A stretch of DNA of 64,000 nucleotides from Alphaproteobacteria bacterium (GTDB lineage: Bacteria; Pseudomonadota; Alphaproteobacteria; UBA828), in NCBI GenBank assembly GCA_965237415.1, contig CBDEFM010000002.1, positions 1,408,001 through 1,472,000 on the forward strand. The letters are read 5' to 3'. The notes beneath the pieces were generated by a model that did not search any database, was not told the DNA's origin, and worked only from the letters and a program-made list of their open reading frames with translations. The position numbers were made by a program, and so were the translations under genes. Shown in pieces: positions 1-9,661 of the stretch (position 1 is the stretch's first letter; each line of letters starts with the position of its first letter).

Positions 1-75
1 GCGGCAGCGCTCTTCCTGACGATCGGGAAGGCGCATGCCGAGGTCTTCCTGCTAGGCGCCTACGCGGCGTTTTGA
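1..75 (+). CDS. 3' end of an unidentified, probably membrane protein (partial)
   Basis: Open frame AAALFLTIGKAHAEVFLLGAYAAF* from the window edge to TGA at 73-75, convergent with parC; too short to identify. Confidence 0.35.
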   Translation, partial: AAALFLTIGKAHAEVFLLGAYAAF

Positions 76-106
76 CACGTCGGCATAACGGCCCGCTTCT
101 CAATCG

Positions 107-2341
107 TCAGAGAAACCGGTTGGCGGCAGGGAACCCACGCGGCGCCGCACGCCCGGCCTGACCGCGCTTGCCGCGCCATTGGTCGAGCTGGATCTCCGTG
201 CGGACGCCGGCGCCGGAGCGCCAGCGCAGCCCCTCGGCACCGTCGAAGACCTGCACGTCCGAGAGCCCGGCATCGCGATAGCGTTGCAAGATCACGCCCC
301 GGCCGCGCGCCATTGTCGGCACCTCGGCGGCAGGGAAGAGCAGCAGGCGCCGGTTGGTGCCGACGACCGCGACCGTATCGCCGGCCGCCTCGACACAGAC
401 CGCGGCCTCCGCTCCCTGCGCCACGTTGAGCACCTGCCGCCCGGTGCGGGTCTGGGCGACGGCATCGTCCTCGGAGACGAAGAAGCCGCGCCCGTCGCTC
501 GCCGCCACCAGCAACAGCCGGCCGGGCCGGTGAACGAAGAGCGCGACCGGCTCGTGGTCGTTGCCGAGGTCCACCATGAGGCGCACGGGCTCGCCGAAGC
601 CGCGCCCGCCGGGGAGGCGATCCGCCGCGAGCGTGTAAAAGCGCCCGTTGGTGGCGAAGAGCAGCAGCTTGTCGGTGGTCTCGGCATGAAAGCGGAAGCG
701 CTCGCGGTCGCCATCCTTGTAGCGCACCGCCGTCACGTCTTCGACATGGCCCTTGACCGCGCGAATCCATCCCTTGGCCGAGCAGGTCACCGTGACCGGC
801 TCGCGATCAACCAGGGCCTCCACGGGCACCGTCTGCGGCGGGGGCGTCCCGCCAACAGCGGTGCGGCGTGCGCCGAGCACAGTCTCCTGCCCGAAGCGCT
901 CGTTGATTTCCGCGATCTCGGCGAGCAGCACGGACTTCTGCCGGCGTGCGCTCTTCTCGAGTTTTTCGAGCTGGGTGCGCTCCGCCTCCAGCGCCTCGTG
1001 CTCGCGCCCGATCGCCGCCTCCTCGAGCCTGCGCAGCGCGCGCAGGCGCATGTTGAGGATCGCTTCCGCCTGCACGTCGCTGATCCCGAACGCGGCCACC
1101 AGCGCCGCCTTGGGCTCGTCCTCCTCGCGGACGATGCGGATCACCTCGTCGAGGTTGAGGTACGCGACCAGATAGCCGCCGAGCACATCGAGCCGGTGGG
1201 CGATCGCCGCCAGCCGATGGGCGGTACGTCGCAACAGGACCGTGCGCCGATGGTCGAGAAACGCCTGAAGCACCTGCTTCAGCGTCATCACGCGGGGAAC
1301 GCCCGCCGCATCCAACATGTTCATGTTGAGCCCGATGCGGTTCTCCAGCTCGGTCTGGCGGAACAGCATCTCCATCAAGAGCCCCGCCTCGACGGTGCGG
1401 CTCTTGGGCTCGAGCACGATCCGCACGTCCTCGGCCGATTCGTCGCGCACGTCGGCGAGCAGGGCGAGCTTGCGGGCCTGGAGAAGCTCGGCGATGCGCT
1501 CGATGAGGCGCGCCTTCTGCACCTGGTAGGGAATCTCGGTGACCACGATCTGGTACTGGCCGCGGCCGATGTTCTCCTTCTCCCAGCGAGCACGGACGCG
1601 GAAGCCGCCGCGCCCCGTGGCATAGGCGTCTGCGATCTGCGCGCGGGCTTCCACCAGCACGCCACCCGTGGGGAAGTCCGGTCCCGGCACGAGCGTCACC
1701 AGCGCCTCGTCGGAGAGCCTTGGGTCCTTCAGCAACGCAGTGAGCGCGTCGCAAAGCTCGCCCGCATTGTGGGGCGGGATACTGGTGGCGAGGCCGACGG
1801 CGATTCCCGCAGCCCCGTTGGCGAGCAGGTTGGGGAAGGCTGCCGGCAGCACCACCGGCTCGCTGTCGCCGCCGTCGTAGGTCTCGCGGAAATCGACGGC
1901 GTCCTCGTCGAGGCCGTTGAGCAGGGACTGCGCAACCTCTGTGAGGCGCGCCTCGGTGTAGCGCATCGCCGCGGCGTTATCGCCATCGACGTTACCGAAA
2001 TTGCCTTGCCCCTCGACCAGCGCGTAGCGCGCGGCGAAGGTCTGGGCGAGCCGCACGAGGGCGTCGTACACCGCGGCATCGCCGTGGGGGTGGTACTTGC
2101 CGATCACGTCGCCCACCACGCGCGCGCACTTCTTGAAACCCGCATCCGGGTCGAGCTTCAGCGCCCGCATGGCATAGAGAAGGCGTCGCTGGACCGGCTT
2201 GAGCCCGTCACGCACATCGGGCAGCGAGCGTGCGGTGATGGTGGAGAGCGCGTAGGCAAGATAGCGCTCGCTCAGCGCATCGCCGAACGGCACTGGAAGG
2301 ACCGCGCCTTCCGTCGCGATGTCGTCTGCGATTCGCGCCAT
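107..2341 (-). CDS. parC: DNA topoisomerase IV subunit A
   Basis: [38 protein letters not shown] catalytic Tyr; short C-terminal domain without GyrA box; adjacent to recO. Confidence 0.95.
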   Translation of the reverse strand: MARIADDIATEGAVLPVPFGDALSERYLAYALSTITARSLPDVRDGLKPVQRRLLYAMRALKLDPDAGFKKCARVVGDVIGKYHPHGDAAVYDALVRLAQTFAARYALVEGQGNFGNVDGDNAAAMRYTEARLTEVAQSLLNGLDEDAVDFRETYDGGDSEPVVLPAAFPNLLANGAAGIAVGLATSIPPHNAGELCDALTALLKDPRLSDEALVTLVPGPDFPTGGVLVEARAQIADAYATGRGGFRVRARWEKENIGRGQYQIVVTEIPYQVQKARLIERIAELLQARKLALLADVRDESAEDVRIVLEPKSRTVEAGLLMEMLFRQTELENRIGLNMNMLDAAGVPRVMTLKQVLQAFLDHRRTVLLRRTAHRLAAIAHRLDVLGGYLVAYLNLDEVIRIVREEDEPKAALVAAFGISDVQAEAILNMRLRALRRLEEAAIGREHEALEAERTQLEKLEKSARRQKSVLLAEIAEINERFGQETVLGARRTAVGGTPPPQTVPVEALVDREPVTVTCSAKGWIRAVKGHVEDVTAVRYKDGDRERFRFHAETTDKLLLFATNGRFYTLAADRLPGGRGFGEPVRLMVDLGNDHEPVALFVHRPGRLLLVAASDGRGFFVSEDDAVAQTRTGRQVLNVAQGAEAAVCVEAAGDTVAVVGTNRRLLLFPAAEVPTMARGRGVILQRYRDAGLSDVQVFDGAEGLRWRSGAGVRTEIQLDQWRGKRGQAGRAAPRGFPAANRFL

Positions 2342-2372
2342 AGCCAGCGCTATAGCACAGGCAGCATGCCGT

Positions 2373-3143
2373 TTATGATTCTTGCCTCACCTGCGTAGCC
2401 GGCGACGAGGTCGCGCCAGTCTGCAGGCGATCGATGAAGCGCTCCCTGGCGGGCGGCATGCGGCCGCCCTGGCCTCCGAACACGTGTTTCTCCAGGAACC
2501 AGCCGGTCAGCCTGAGGCCCGCGACGATGTCGGCGGCGGTGGCAGAGCCGGTGTCGCCCTCCGACAGTGCAAGGAAAGGCGGCAGCGGGAGCAACTTCTC
2601 CGCATAGGGCGCGCCGGCCTCACGCGAGACCGCCCGACCGCTGCGCGGCGACACATACGCCAGCCCCTCGACCGCGCCGGTCGCCGCGCAGGCCGAGAGG
2701 TCGAGGCCGAAACCGAGCTCGCCGAGCAGCGCGAGTTCCCAGCGGACCACGGTCTCGGCCCAACGCTCATTCGCTTCGAGGGCGTCGAGCAGATGCCCGA
2801 GGGCGCGGTAAACCTGCGGATAGGGATGCCTCTCCGCCAACGTCGCCTCTGTCAGCGCGCAGACGGCGGCGAGCGCGGCAAGACGGGGCGGATCGTCCAG
2901 CAGCACGCTTGATTGTGCGCGCACGAGCTCGCACGTGTAGCGCCCGAGATGCTCGGCGAGGCGCGCCTGCCAGCGTGCCGCGAGCGTGTTGCCCGGCTGG
3001 TAGAGCCCGCGCCCCCGGCGGCCGCGCGCGCCCTGCACGAGGCCGGCATGGCGGCCGTGATGCTCGGTGAGCAACGAGACGACGGCGGCGCTCTCGCCAT
3101 GGCGGCGGGCAGAGAGGACGATCCCCGTATCGCTCCATTCCAT
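2373..3143 (-). CDS. recO: DNA repair protein RecO
   Basis: [17 protein letters not shown] start, [26 protein letters not shown] motifs; start moved to ATG at 3143. Confidence 0.93.
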   Translation of the reverse strand: MEWSDTGIVLSARRHGESAAVVSLLTEHHGRHAGLVQGARGRRGRGLYQPGNTLAARWQARLAEHLGRYTCELVRAQSSVLLDDPPRLAALAAVCALTEATLAERHPYPQVYRALGHLLDALEANERWAETVVRWELALLGELGFGLDLSACAATGAVEGLAYVSPRSGRAVSREAGAPYAEKLLPLPPFLALSEGDTGSATAADIVAGLRLTGWFLEKHVFGGQGGRMPPARERFIDRLQTGATSSPATQVRQES

Positions 3144-3243
3144 GCCGCCTGCCCCCGAATCGGTGCCGGTGACGCGCCCGGGCCGAAACACTGCCGCGCG
3201 CCCGGCGCGCTTGCAACGCATCCGTCCCTCCGCCAATATCGTC

Positions 3244-3338
3244 GCCGCTCTGGGGGAGCCGTGCGCGGCTGAGAGGTCGGACCCACTCCGACGACCCCTT
3301 GAACCTGATCCGGTTAGGACCGGCGTAGGAAACGAGAC
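3244..3338 (+). ncRNA. TPP (thi-box) riboswitch
   Basis: GGGGAGCC...GGCTGAGAGG...GACCCCTTGAACCTGATCCGGTTAGGACCGGCGTAGGAA matches the TPP aptamer consensus; directly upstream of a thiamine-precursor ABC operon. Confidence 0.93.
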
Positions 3339-4106
3339 ATGACCTCACCAGAACACCCACACTCCGAGTCGGACCACGCTGTCCGCGTTGAAGGCGCACG
3401 ATTTGGGTTCGAGGGCACGCTCCTCTTCGACGGTCTGGAGCTCGCTCTGGAGCAGGGCCGGTGGACCTGTCTGCTGGGGCCTAGCGGCGTCGGCAAGTCG
3501 AGCCTGTTACGGGTCATCGCGGGCCTGGAGCGGCTGGAAGCCGGCAGCCTGGGCATCCCGAGCGGTGCGTCGGTCGCCTACATGGCGCAACAGGACCTGC
3601 TGATGCCGTGGCTGAGCGCGCTCGGCAACGTCTCCCTCGGCGCGCGCTTGCGCGGCGAGAAGCCCGACCGCGCGCACGCGCTCGCCATGCTGGATCGCGT
3701 GGGCCTCGGCGCCGAGGCCGACGCGCTCCCGCATACGCTCTCTGGCGGCATGCGCCAGCGGGTGGCGCTTGCCCGCACCTTGATGGAAGACCGGCCCGTC
3801 GTCCTCATGGACGAGCCGTTCTCGGCCCTCGACGCGATCACGCGGATGCGGCTGCAGGAGCTTGCCGCCAGCCTGCTCGCCGGGCGCACGGTGCTGCTGG
3901 TGACCCACGACCCGCTGGAGGCGCTCCGGCTGGGGGATCGCATCTACGTCATGGCGGGGCGCCCGGCCTCGCTGCAGAGCGCGCCCGTGCCCGACGGTCC
4001 CCCGCCCCGGAAGCCCCGCGACCGGTCCTTGCAGGCGATGCATGCAGAGCTGCTGGAACGGCTCACGGCGGCCGACGATGCCGGGGCCGACCGGCGGCCC
4101 ACGTGA
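3339..4106 (+). CDS. ABC transporter ATP-binding protein (ThiZ-like, NitT/TauT family)
   Basis: Walker A GPSGVGKS, LSGGMRQR signature, VLMDEPF Walker B; downstream of TPP riboswitch. Confidence 0.9.
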   Translation: MTSPEHPHSESDHAVRVEGARFGFEGTLLFDGLELALEQGRWTCLLGPSGVGKSSLLRVIAGLERLEAGSLGIPSGASVAYMAQQDLLMPWLSALGNVSLGARLRGEKPDRAHALAMLDRVGLGAEADALPHTLSGGMRQRVALARTLMEDRPVVLMDEPFSALDAITRMRLQELAASLLAGRTVLLVTHDPLEALRLGDRIYVMAGRPASLQSAPVPDGPPPRKPRDRSLQAMHAELLERLTAADDAGADRRPT

Positions 4107-4121
4107 TGGCGGCGGCCCGGA

Positions 4122-4862
4122 ATGCACGCCCTCAGGCTAACGACGGTCTGCGGCCTTCTGGTCCTGGTCTGGCAGGCGGTCGTCTGGCTCGCCGAGACTC
4201 CCCACTACATTTTGCCAGGGCCGGCGCGGGTGGGTGCGACCTGGTGGCACCATGCCGGGCTGATCCTGAGCCATGCCCAGACGACGGTGCTGGAAATCGT
4301 CTTGGGCCTCGTCCTCGGCACGCTGCTGGGCGTCGTCAGCGCCCTGGTGCTCACCTATGTCCGGCCGGCGCGGCTCTGGCTCCTGCCGGTGCTGGTCGCG
4401 TCCCAGGCGGTGCCCGTCTTCGCGCTGGCGCCGATCCTCGTGCTTTGGCTCGGCTACGGGATCGCGTCGAAGGTCGCGATGGCGACGCTCATCATCTACT
4501 TCCCGGTGGCCGCCAACTTCTTCGATGGCCTCCGGCGGACCGAGCCGGGCTGGCTCGACCTCGCCCGTGCCATGGGCGCGAGCCCGTGGCGGACGCTCTG
4601 GCGCATCCGCGTGCCGGCGGCCTTGCCCGCATTGGCCTCCGGCGTCCGCGTCGCCGCGGCGGTGGCACCCATCGGCGCCGTGGTGGGCGAATGGGTAGGC
4701 TCGAGCGCCGGCCTCGGCTTCCTCATGCTGCACGCCAACGGGCGCATGCAGATCGACCTGATGTTCGCCGCACTGCTCACCCTCGCGGCCTTTGCGGTGG
4801 CGATCTACTTCATCATCGACCACGTGCTGCGCCGGGCCCTTCATTGGCAACCGGACACGTAA
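4122..4862 (+). CDS. ABC transporter permease (ThiX-like)
   Basis: Hydrophobic TM segments, DLARAMGAS EAA-like loop, GAVVGEWVG. Confidence 0.88.
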   Translation: MHALRLTTVCGLLVLVWQAVVWLAETPHYILPGPARVGATWWHHAGLILSHAQTTVLEIVLGLVLGTLLGVVSALVLTYVRPARLWLLPVLVASQAVPVFALAPILVLWLGYGIASKVAMATLIIYFPVAANFFDGLRRTEPGWLDLARAMGASPWRTLWRIRVPAALPALASGVRVAAAVAPIGAVVGEWVGSSAGLGFLMLHANGRMQIDLMFAALLTLAAFAVAIYFIIDHVLRRALHWQPDT

Positions 4863-4885
4863 GTTATCAACAGGGAGAATGACCC

Positions 4886-5845
4886 ATGCGAAGAATTGCC
4901 AAGACACTGCTGGTGGCGGCGGCCCTGTGCCTGGCTGCGGCCGTGTTCGCCCCCAAACCCTCTGGTGCCACCGACAAGCTGACCCTGATTCTCGACTGGT
5001 TCATCAACCCCGACCACGCGCCCCTCTTCGTCGCGCTGGAGAAGGGCTACTTCGCGGATGAGGGGATCGAGGTCGAGCTCATCGCGCCGGCCGACCCCAA
5101 CGACCCGCCCAAGCTGGTCGCCGCCGGCAAGGCTGATCTCGCAGTCTCCTACCAGCCGCAGCTTCACCTGCAGGTGGCCGAAGGACTGCCCCTGGTGCGG
5201 ATCGCGACGCTGGTGGCGACCCCGCTGAACACGCTGCTGGTGCTCGCCGACGGGCCGGTCCAGTCGATCGCCGATCTCAAGGGCCGCACGGTCGGCTACT
5301 CGGTCGGCGGCTTCGAGGACGCGCTGCTCGGCGCCATGCTCGAGCGCCACGGCCTCGGGATCGAGGACGTGACGCTGGTCAACGTCAACTTCTCGCTCTC
5401 GCCGTCGCTGCTCTCGGGCCAGGTCGATGCCGTGATCGGCGCCTACCGCAACTTCGAGCTCAACCAGATGGAGATCGAAGGGCACGCCGGCCGCGCCTTC
5501 TACATCGAGGAGGAGGGCGTGCCACCCTACGATGAGCTCATCGTCGTCGCCCATACCGAGCGGCAGGGCGACCCGGCGATGCGGCGCTTCGTCGATGCCC
5601 TGGAGCGCGGCGTCCAGTTCCTCATCAACCACCCGGACGAGTCCTGGCAGCTCTTCCTGCGCGGCCGCGAGGAGCTCGACGACGAGCTCAACAAGCGCGC
5701 CTGGCGCGACACGCTGCCGCGCTTCGCGCTGAGGCCCGCGGCGCTCGATACCGCGCGCTACGAGCGCTTCGCGGCCTTTCTCCAGGCCCAGGGGCTGATC
5801 CCTGAGGCGCTCCCCGCCTCGGCCTACGCGGTGGAGCTGGATTAG
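4886..5845 (+). CDS. ABC substrate-binding protein, NMT1/THI5 family (ThiY-like, hydroxymethylpyrimidine)
   Basis: Signal peptide, LDWFINPDHAP, SYQPQ, GAYRNFE, YDEL motifs; TPP riboswitch context. Confidence 0.88.
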   Translation: MRRIAKTLLVAAALCLAAAVFAPKPSGATDKLTLILDWFINPDHAPLFVALEKGYFADEGIEVELIAPADPNDPPKLVAAGKADLAVSYQPQLHLQVAEGLPLVRIATLVATPLNTLLVLADGPVQSIADLKGRTVGYSVGGFEDALLGAMLERHGLGIEDVTLVNVNFSLSPSLLSGQVDAVIGAYRNFELNQMEIEGHAGRAFYIEEEGVPPYDELIVVAHTERQGDPAMRRFVDALERGVQFLINHPDESWQLFLRGREELDDELNKRAWRDTLPRFALRPAALDTARYERFAAFLQAQGLIPEALPASAYAVELD

Positions 5846-6801
5846 CCCTCCACGCCGATTCGCGCGGCAAACGCGAGCACGGCGCGGGCGAGAGCCTGCT
5901 TCTCCGTGCGCGCGGTCATCATCGTGGCCGTGACCTCGACCGCAACGCCGGATGCAGCGATCCCGGCCGCCTCGGCGCGGTCGGCCTCGTCGAGCACGAA
6001 GCCGTCGATCAGCCCGGCATAGTGGCGGGCGACGGCGGTTGCGCTCGGCGCGATGCCGCGCTCCGCCATCATCTTGGCCGTCGGCCCCTTGACCGCCTGC
6101 CCACCGATAATCGGGGAGACCGCGATCACTGGCGCCCGGCAGTCCGAGAGTGCCGCGCGCACGCCGGGGACCGCGAGGATCGGGTCGATGCTGATGTAGG
6201 GGTTGGACGGGCAGATGATGACCGCGCCGAGATCGGGCGCCGCGAGCGCCTCGAGGAAAGCGGCCGAGGGCCGTGCCTGCTCCGCCCCCTCGTGGCGGAA
6301 GTCCAGCACCTTCGGCCGGCAGCGCTCGCGGACGAAATAGTGCTGGAAGGCGAGCGGGCCTTCCGGCGTCTCGACGACGGTCGGCACCGGATCGTCGCTC
6401 ATGGGCAGGATGCGCGCCTGGATGCCGAGCCTCGCGCACAGTGCAGCCGTGACCGCGCTCAGGCTCTCGCCGGCCCGCAGTCGCCGGGTCCGCTCGACAT
6501 GGATGGCGAGGTCCTTGTCGCCGAGGAAGAACCAGGTTTCGCCGCCGAGCGCGCCGAGCGCCGCCATGAAGGCGCCGTTCTCCCCTGCCCGCCCCCAGCC
6601 GGTCTCCGGGTTCGCGAGCCCCGCGAGGGTGTAGGTGAGCGTGTCGAGATCGGGGCAGACCTTGAGGCCGAGATGCTCGAAGTCGTCGCCGGTGTTGGCG
6701 ACGATGGTGAGCCGGGCGGGGTCGTCAAGCACGTCGCAGAGCCCGAGGGCGAGCTTGGCGCCGCCGACACCCCCGGAGAGCGCCACGTAGCTGGCGCTCA
6801 T
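5842..6801 (-). CDS. cofD: 2-phospho-L-lactate/phosphoenolpyruvate transferase (F420 biosynthesis, CofD/FbiA)
   Basis: LSGGVGGAKL, NTGDDF, PDLDT, WFFLGDKDLAIH, FQHYFV, PSNPYISIDPIL, VKGPTAKMM. Confidence 0.95.
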   Translation of the reverse strand: MSASYVALSGGVGGAKLALGLCDVLDDPARLTIVANTGDDFEHLGLKVCPDLDTLTYTLAGLANPETGWGRAGENGAFMAALGALGGETWFFLGDKDLAIHVERTRRLRAGESLSAVTAALCARLGIQARILPMSDDPVPTVVETPEGPLAFQHYFVRERCRPKVLDFRHEGAEQARPSAAFLEALAAPDLGAVIICPSNPYISIDPILAVPGVRAALSDCRAPVIAVSPIIGGQAVKGPTAKMMAERGIAPSATAVARHYAGLIDGFVLDEADRAEAAGIAASGVAVEVTATMMTARTEKQALARAVLAFAARIGVEG

Positions 6802-6831
6802 GACGGAGCCCGAGCGTAAGCGCCGCGTACC

Positions 6832-7617
6832 CTAGCGGAAGAGGTCATCGGCCTCGTCGCGGATGAGGGCGGCGCCGGCGTTCCCCGGCCCTGCGGCGGC
6901 TAGACCGCGCACCACCACCACCGGCATGCCCTCGTCGGCCTCGCCCTGGACCAGCGAGGCGGCGGCGGCGAGCTCGTCAGCGAGCCCCACCTGGGTGACC
7001 TCGAGCGGGCGGCCGAAGAGGTCGTCGCGCCCCCTCAAGTCCAGCAGGGAGGGCAGCCCGGCAGCGCCGAGCGCGAGGCCCACGGTGCCCACCCGCCAGG
7101 CGCGGCCGACGCTGTCGTTGACGATGACGGCGCAATCCGCGCCGAGCCGCTCACGCAGCCCCTCCCTGATACGCCGCGCGCTGCCGTCGGGGTCGCGGGG
7201 AAGCAGCAGCACCCGCTCGTCGGTGCCCGCCGGCTCCACGTTGGAATTGTCGATGCCGGCGTTCGCCATGACGAAGCCCAGCCGATGCTCGACGATGATG
7301 ACCCCGGGGCGATGACGGACCACCCGCCGCGATTCGCTCAGGATGAGCTCAACCATGCGCGGGTCCTTGGCCGTGCGCGCGGCAAGCTCGCGCGCCTCGG
7401 CACCGGGCTCGACCGTGGCGAGGTCGGCGTAGCGCCCCTCGCTCTTGGAGACGATCTTCTGCGCGACCACGAGGACATCGCCTTCGGCAACGGCCTCGCC
7501 GGCGCGCGCTAAGCCGTCCGCGATCAGAGCCGGAAGGTCGTCGCCGGGCTGGACCATGGGGATGCCCGGCAACGCGAAGAGCGAGAGCGCACGAGGGCGT
7601 GCGGACCGCGCGGTCAT
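6832..7617 (-). CDS. cofE: Coenzyme F420-0:L-glutamate ligase (single-domain CofE)
   Basis: GDDL, AQKIVSKSEGR, ANAGIDNSN, LLPRDPDGSA, DSVGRAWR, ADELAAAA, C-terminal DLFR. Confidence 0.95.
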   Translation of the reverse strand: MTARSARPRALSLFALPGIPMVQPGDDLPALIADGLARAGEAVAEGDVLVVAQKIVSKSEGRYADLATVEPGAEARELAARTAKDPRMVELILSESRRVVRHRPGVIIVEHRLGFVMANAGIDNSNVEPAGTDERVLLLPRDPDGSARRIREGLRERLGADCAVIVNDSVGRAWRVGTVGLALGAAGLPSLLDLRGRDDLFGRPLEVTQVGLADELAAAASLVQGEADEGMPVVVVRGLAAAGPGNAGAALIRDEADDLFR

Positions 7618-8072
7618 CGCTGCGCGCCGCCTCCGCCGGCCCCGCTCCAGCTCGTGACCCGCTCGATCCTGATCGCGATCACGGGGAGCGGCGCCAGGTC
7701 CATCGCGCGATACTGCTGATACTTGGCGCGGAGGAGCCGCTGTGCGTCGTCGTGCTCGGCGCCCTCCTCCAGCAACGCCGCCCGGCCACGCACCATGACC
7801 CAGCGAAGCTTCGTCCAGTCTTCATCGTCATAGTGATCGGCGGTGAGCGTGACGTGCGGGTTTTCGGCGATGTTGCGCAGGCGCTTCAGCCGTTTGCCGC
7901 TCTTTGGCTTGCGGTCGATCGCGATATAGACGGAATCGCCACCCACGGCGAAGCAGACCGGCACGACGTGGGGAACGCTGGCGGCATCGGCCGTCGCAAG
8001 GTGGGCGACTCGCCGGCTTTCCAGAAAGGCGCGCTCGGCCGCCCCGAGGACGGCCGCCCTGCCCTCGCCCAT
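7614..8072 (-). CDS. PPOX-class probable F420-dependent oxidoreductase (Rv0121-like)
   Basis: VAHLATAD, PHVVPVCFA, IDRKPK, LKRLRNIAENPHV, DHYDDEDW...WVMVRG, KYQQY; stop overlaps the cofE start. Confidence 0.85.
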   Translation of the reverse strand: MGEGRAAVLGAAERAFLESRRVAHLATADAASVPHVVPVCFAVGGDSVYIAIDRKPKSGKRLKRLRNIAENPHVTLTADHYDDEDWTKLRWVMVRGRAALLEEGAEHDDAQRLLRAKYQQYRAMDLAPLPVIAIRIERVTSWSGAGGGGAQR

Positions 8073-8090
8073 GGTGCCCCGCCGCCGGGC

Positions 8091-8957
8091 TCAGATGTCC
8101 GCGAGCGCCTCCTTGATCCGCCCGATGGCCTCGATGTGGGCGCCCGGTGAGGCGAGGCCCGAGTTCATCGTGTTGATCGAGAAGTGGGTGGCGCCGAGCG
8201 CCTTCCAGCCCTCCGCCTCGGCACGCCACTGCTCGGGCGTCTTATCCTGCACGTCGAGCCAGGTCTCGATCCCGACCTCGGCGGGGTCGCGGCCGGCCTC
8301 GCGGATATAGCCCCGGAACTTCTCGACCTCGGCCGCGCCTTCGTCGTCCGGCGCGAAGAGCGGGAACCACCCGTCGCCCAGCCGCGCGGTCCGCCGGAGG
8401 ACGGAGTCGGCATGACCCCCGAACCAGATCGGGATAGGGCGCTGGACCGGGAGCGGGTTCAGCCCGGCATCGGTGATGCGGTGGTCCTGCCCCTCGAAGG
8501 TTATGAGCTCGTTGGTCCAGAGCAGCCGCATGACCTCGATCTGCTCCTCGATGCGCCGCGCGCGGTCCCCGAAATCCATGCCGAGCGCTTCGTATTCCAC
8601 GTGGTTCCAGCCGATCGCCACGCCGAGCCGGAGCCGGCCGCCGCAGAGCACGTCGAGCGCCGCCGCCTGCTTCGCCACCAGCGCGGTCTGCCGCTGCGGC
8701 AGGATGATGATGCCGGTGACGAATTCCATCTGCTGGGTGACGGCGGCGAGAAAGCCGAACAGCACGAACGGCTCGTGAAACGCGTCGGTGTGCTTGTAAG
8801 GCCCCCGGAGCTCGTGCGTCGCGGCATTGCCGCCCAGCACGTGGTCGAAGGCGAGCACGTGTTCGTAACCCAACGCTTCGGCCGCCTGTCCATAATCGCG
8901 CACGACCGCGGGATCGTTGCCGATCTCGGTCTGTGGAAAAACGACACCAAGCTTCAT
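8091..8957 (-). CDS. LLM-class (luciferase-like) probable F420-dependent oxidoreductase
   Basis: MKLGVVFPQTEIG, FDHVLG, FHEPFVLFGFLAA, ILPQRQTALVAKQAA, GWNHVEYEALG; same strand as cofE-cofD; start at ATG 8957. Confidence 0.88.
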   Translation of the reverse strand: MKLGVVFPQTEIGNDPAVVRDYGQAAEALGYEHVLAFDHVLGGNAATHELRGPYKHTDAFHEPFVLFGFLAAVTQQMEFVTGIIILPQRQTALVAKQAAALDVLCGGRLRLGVAIGWNHVEYEALGMDFGDRARRIEEQIEVMRLLWTNELITFEGQDHRITDAGLNPLPVQRPIPIWFGGHADSVLRRTARLGDGWFPLFAPDDEGAAEVEKFRGYIREAGRDPAEVGIETWLDVQDKTPEQWRAEAEGWKALGATHFSINTMNSGLASPGAHIEAIGRIKEALADI

Positions 8958-9090
8958 TCGGAGCCTCCATCGATCGCGGTTGTGCGCAGCCGGCGCGGCC
9001 ACGGCGCGGCATGCTATCATGCATCGTCAGCGCGGCATCCTCGGACCTCGGCGGAGTGGCCGCGCACCGGCAGGGCAAAGGAGAGACGGA

Positions 9091-9573
9091 ATGGCGGATA
9101 GCGACACGTGGCGCGGCAAGGTCGGCGGCATGACCGACGAAGAGGTCGATGAATTCCTCAAGGGGCCCCACCTCTGCCGGCTTGCCTGCCTCGACGAGGA
9201 GGGTTGGCCCTATATCGTGCCGCTCTGGTATCAGTATCGCGACGGCGGCTATTACGTCATTCCGCGCGCGCTCTCCGTCTGGGCCAAGCACATCCAGCGG
9301 GATCCTCGGATCCACATCTGTGTCGACATCTGGCAGTCGATGCAGAAGGTGATGGCCAGGGGGAAGGCCGAGATCGTCGAGGAGCCCAATACCGGCGGCA
9401 AGTGGGTCGAGATCGCGACCGAGATGTCGCTGCGCTATCTCGGCGAGAACGGCCCGAAGTACCTGGAGCCGACGCTGGTAGAGCCCCGCTGGCTCATCTT
9501 CATGCGGCCCGATTCGCAGATGACCTGGCAGGGCGTGGATTGGGCCAACCGCTACAAGCACACGGCGTGGTAG
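9091..9573 (+). CDS. Pyridoxamine 5'-phosphate oxidase-like (split beta-barrel) protein
   Basis: MTDEEVDEFL..CRLAC...GWPYIVPLWY...HIQRDPRI; RBS AAGGAG before ATG 9091; divergent from the F420 operon. Confidence 0.8.
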   Translation: MADSDTWRGKVGGMTDEEVDEFLKGPHLCRLACLDEEGWPYIVPLWYQYRDGGYYVIPRALSVWAKHIQRDPRIHICVDIWQSMQKVMARGKAEIVEEPNTGGKWVEIATEMSLRYLGENGPKYLEPTLVEPRWLIFMRPDSQMTWQGVDWANRYKHTAW

Positions 9574-9661
9574 CCGCGGCCAACGGCACGCACCGGCCGG
9601 AGCCAGCGGCTGGTCCTTAGCGCACCGCAGCGCACCGGTATCCAAGTAGACAAAAGGGCCG

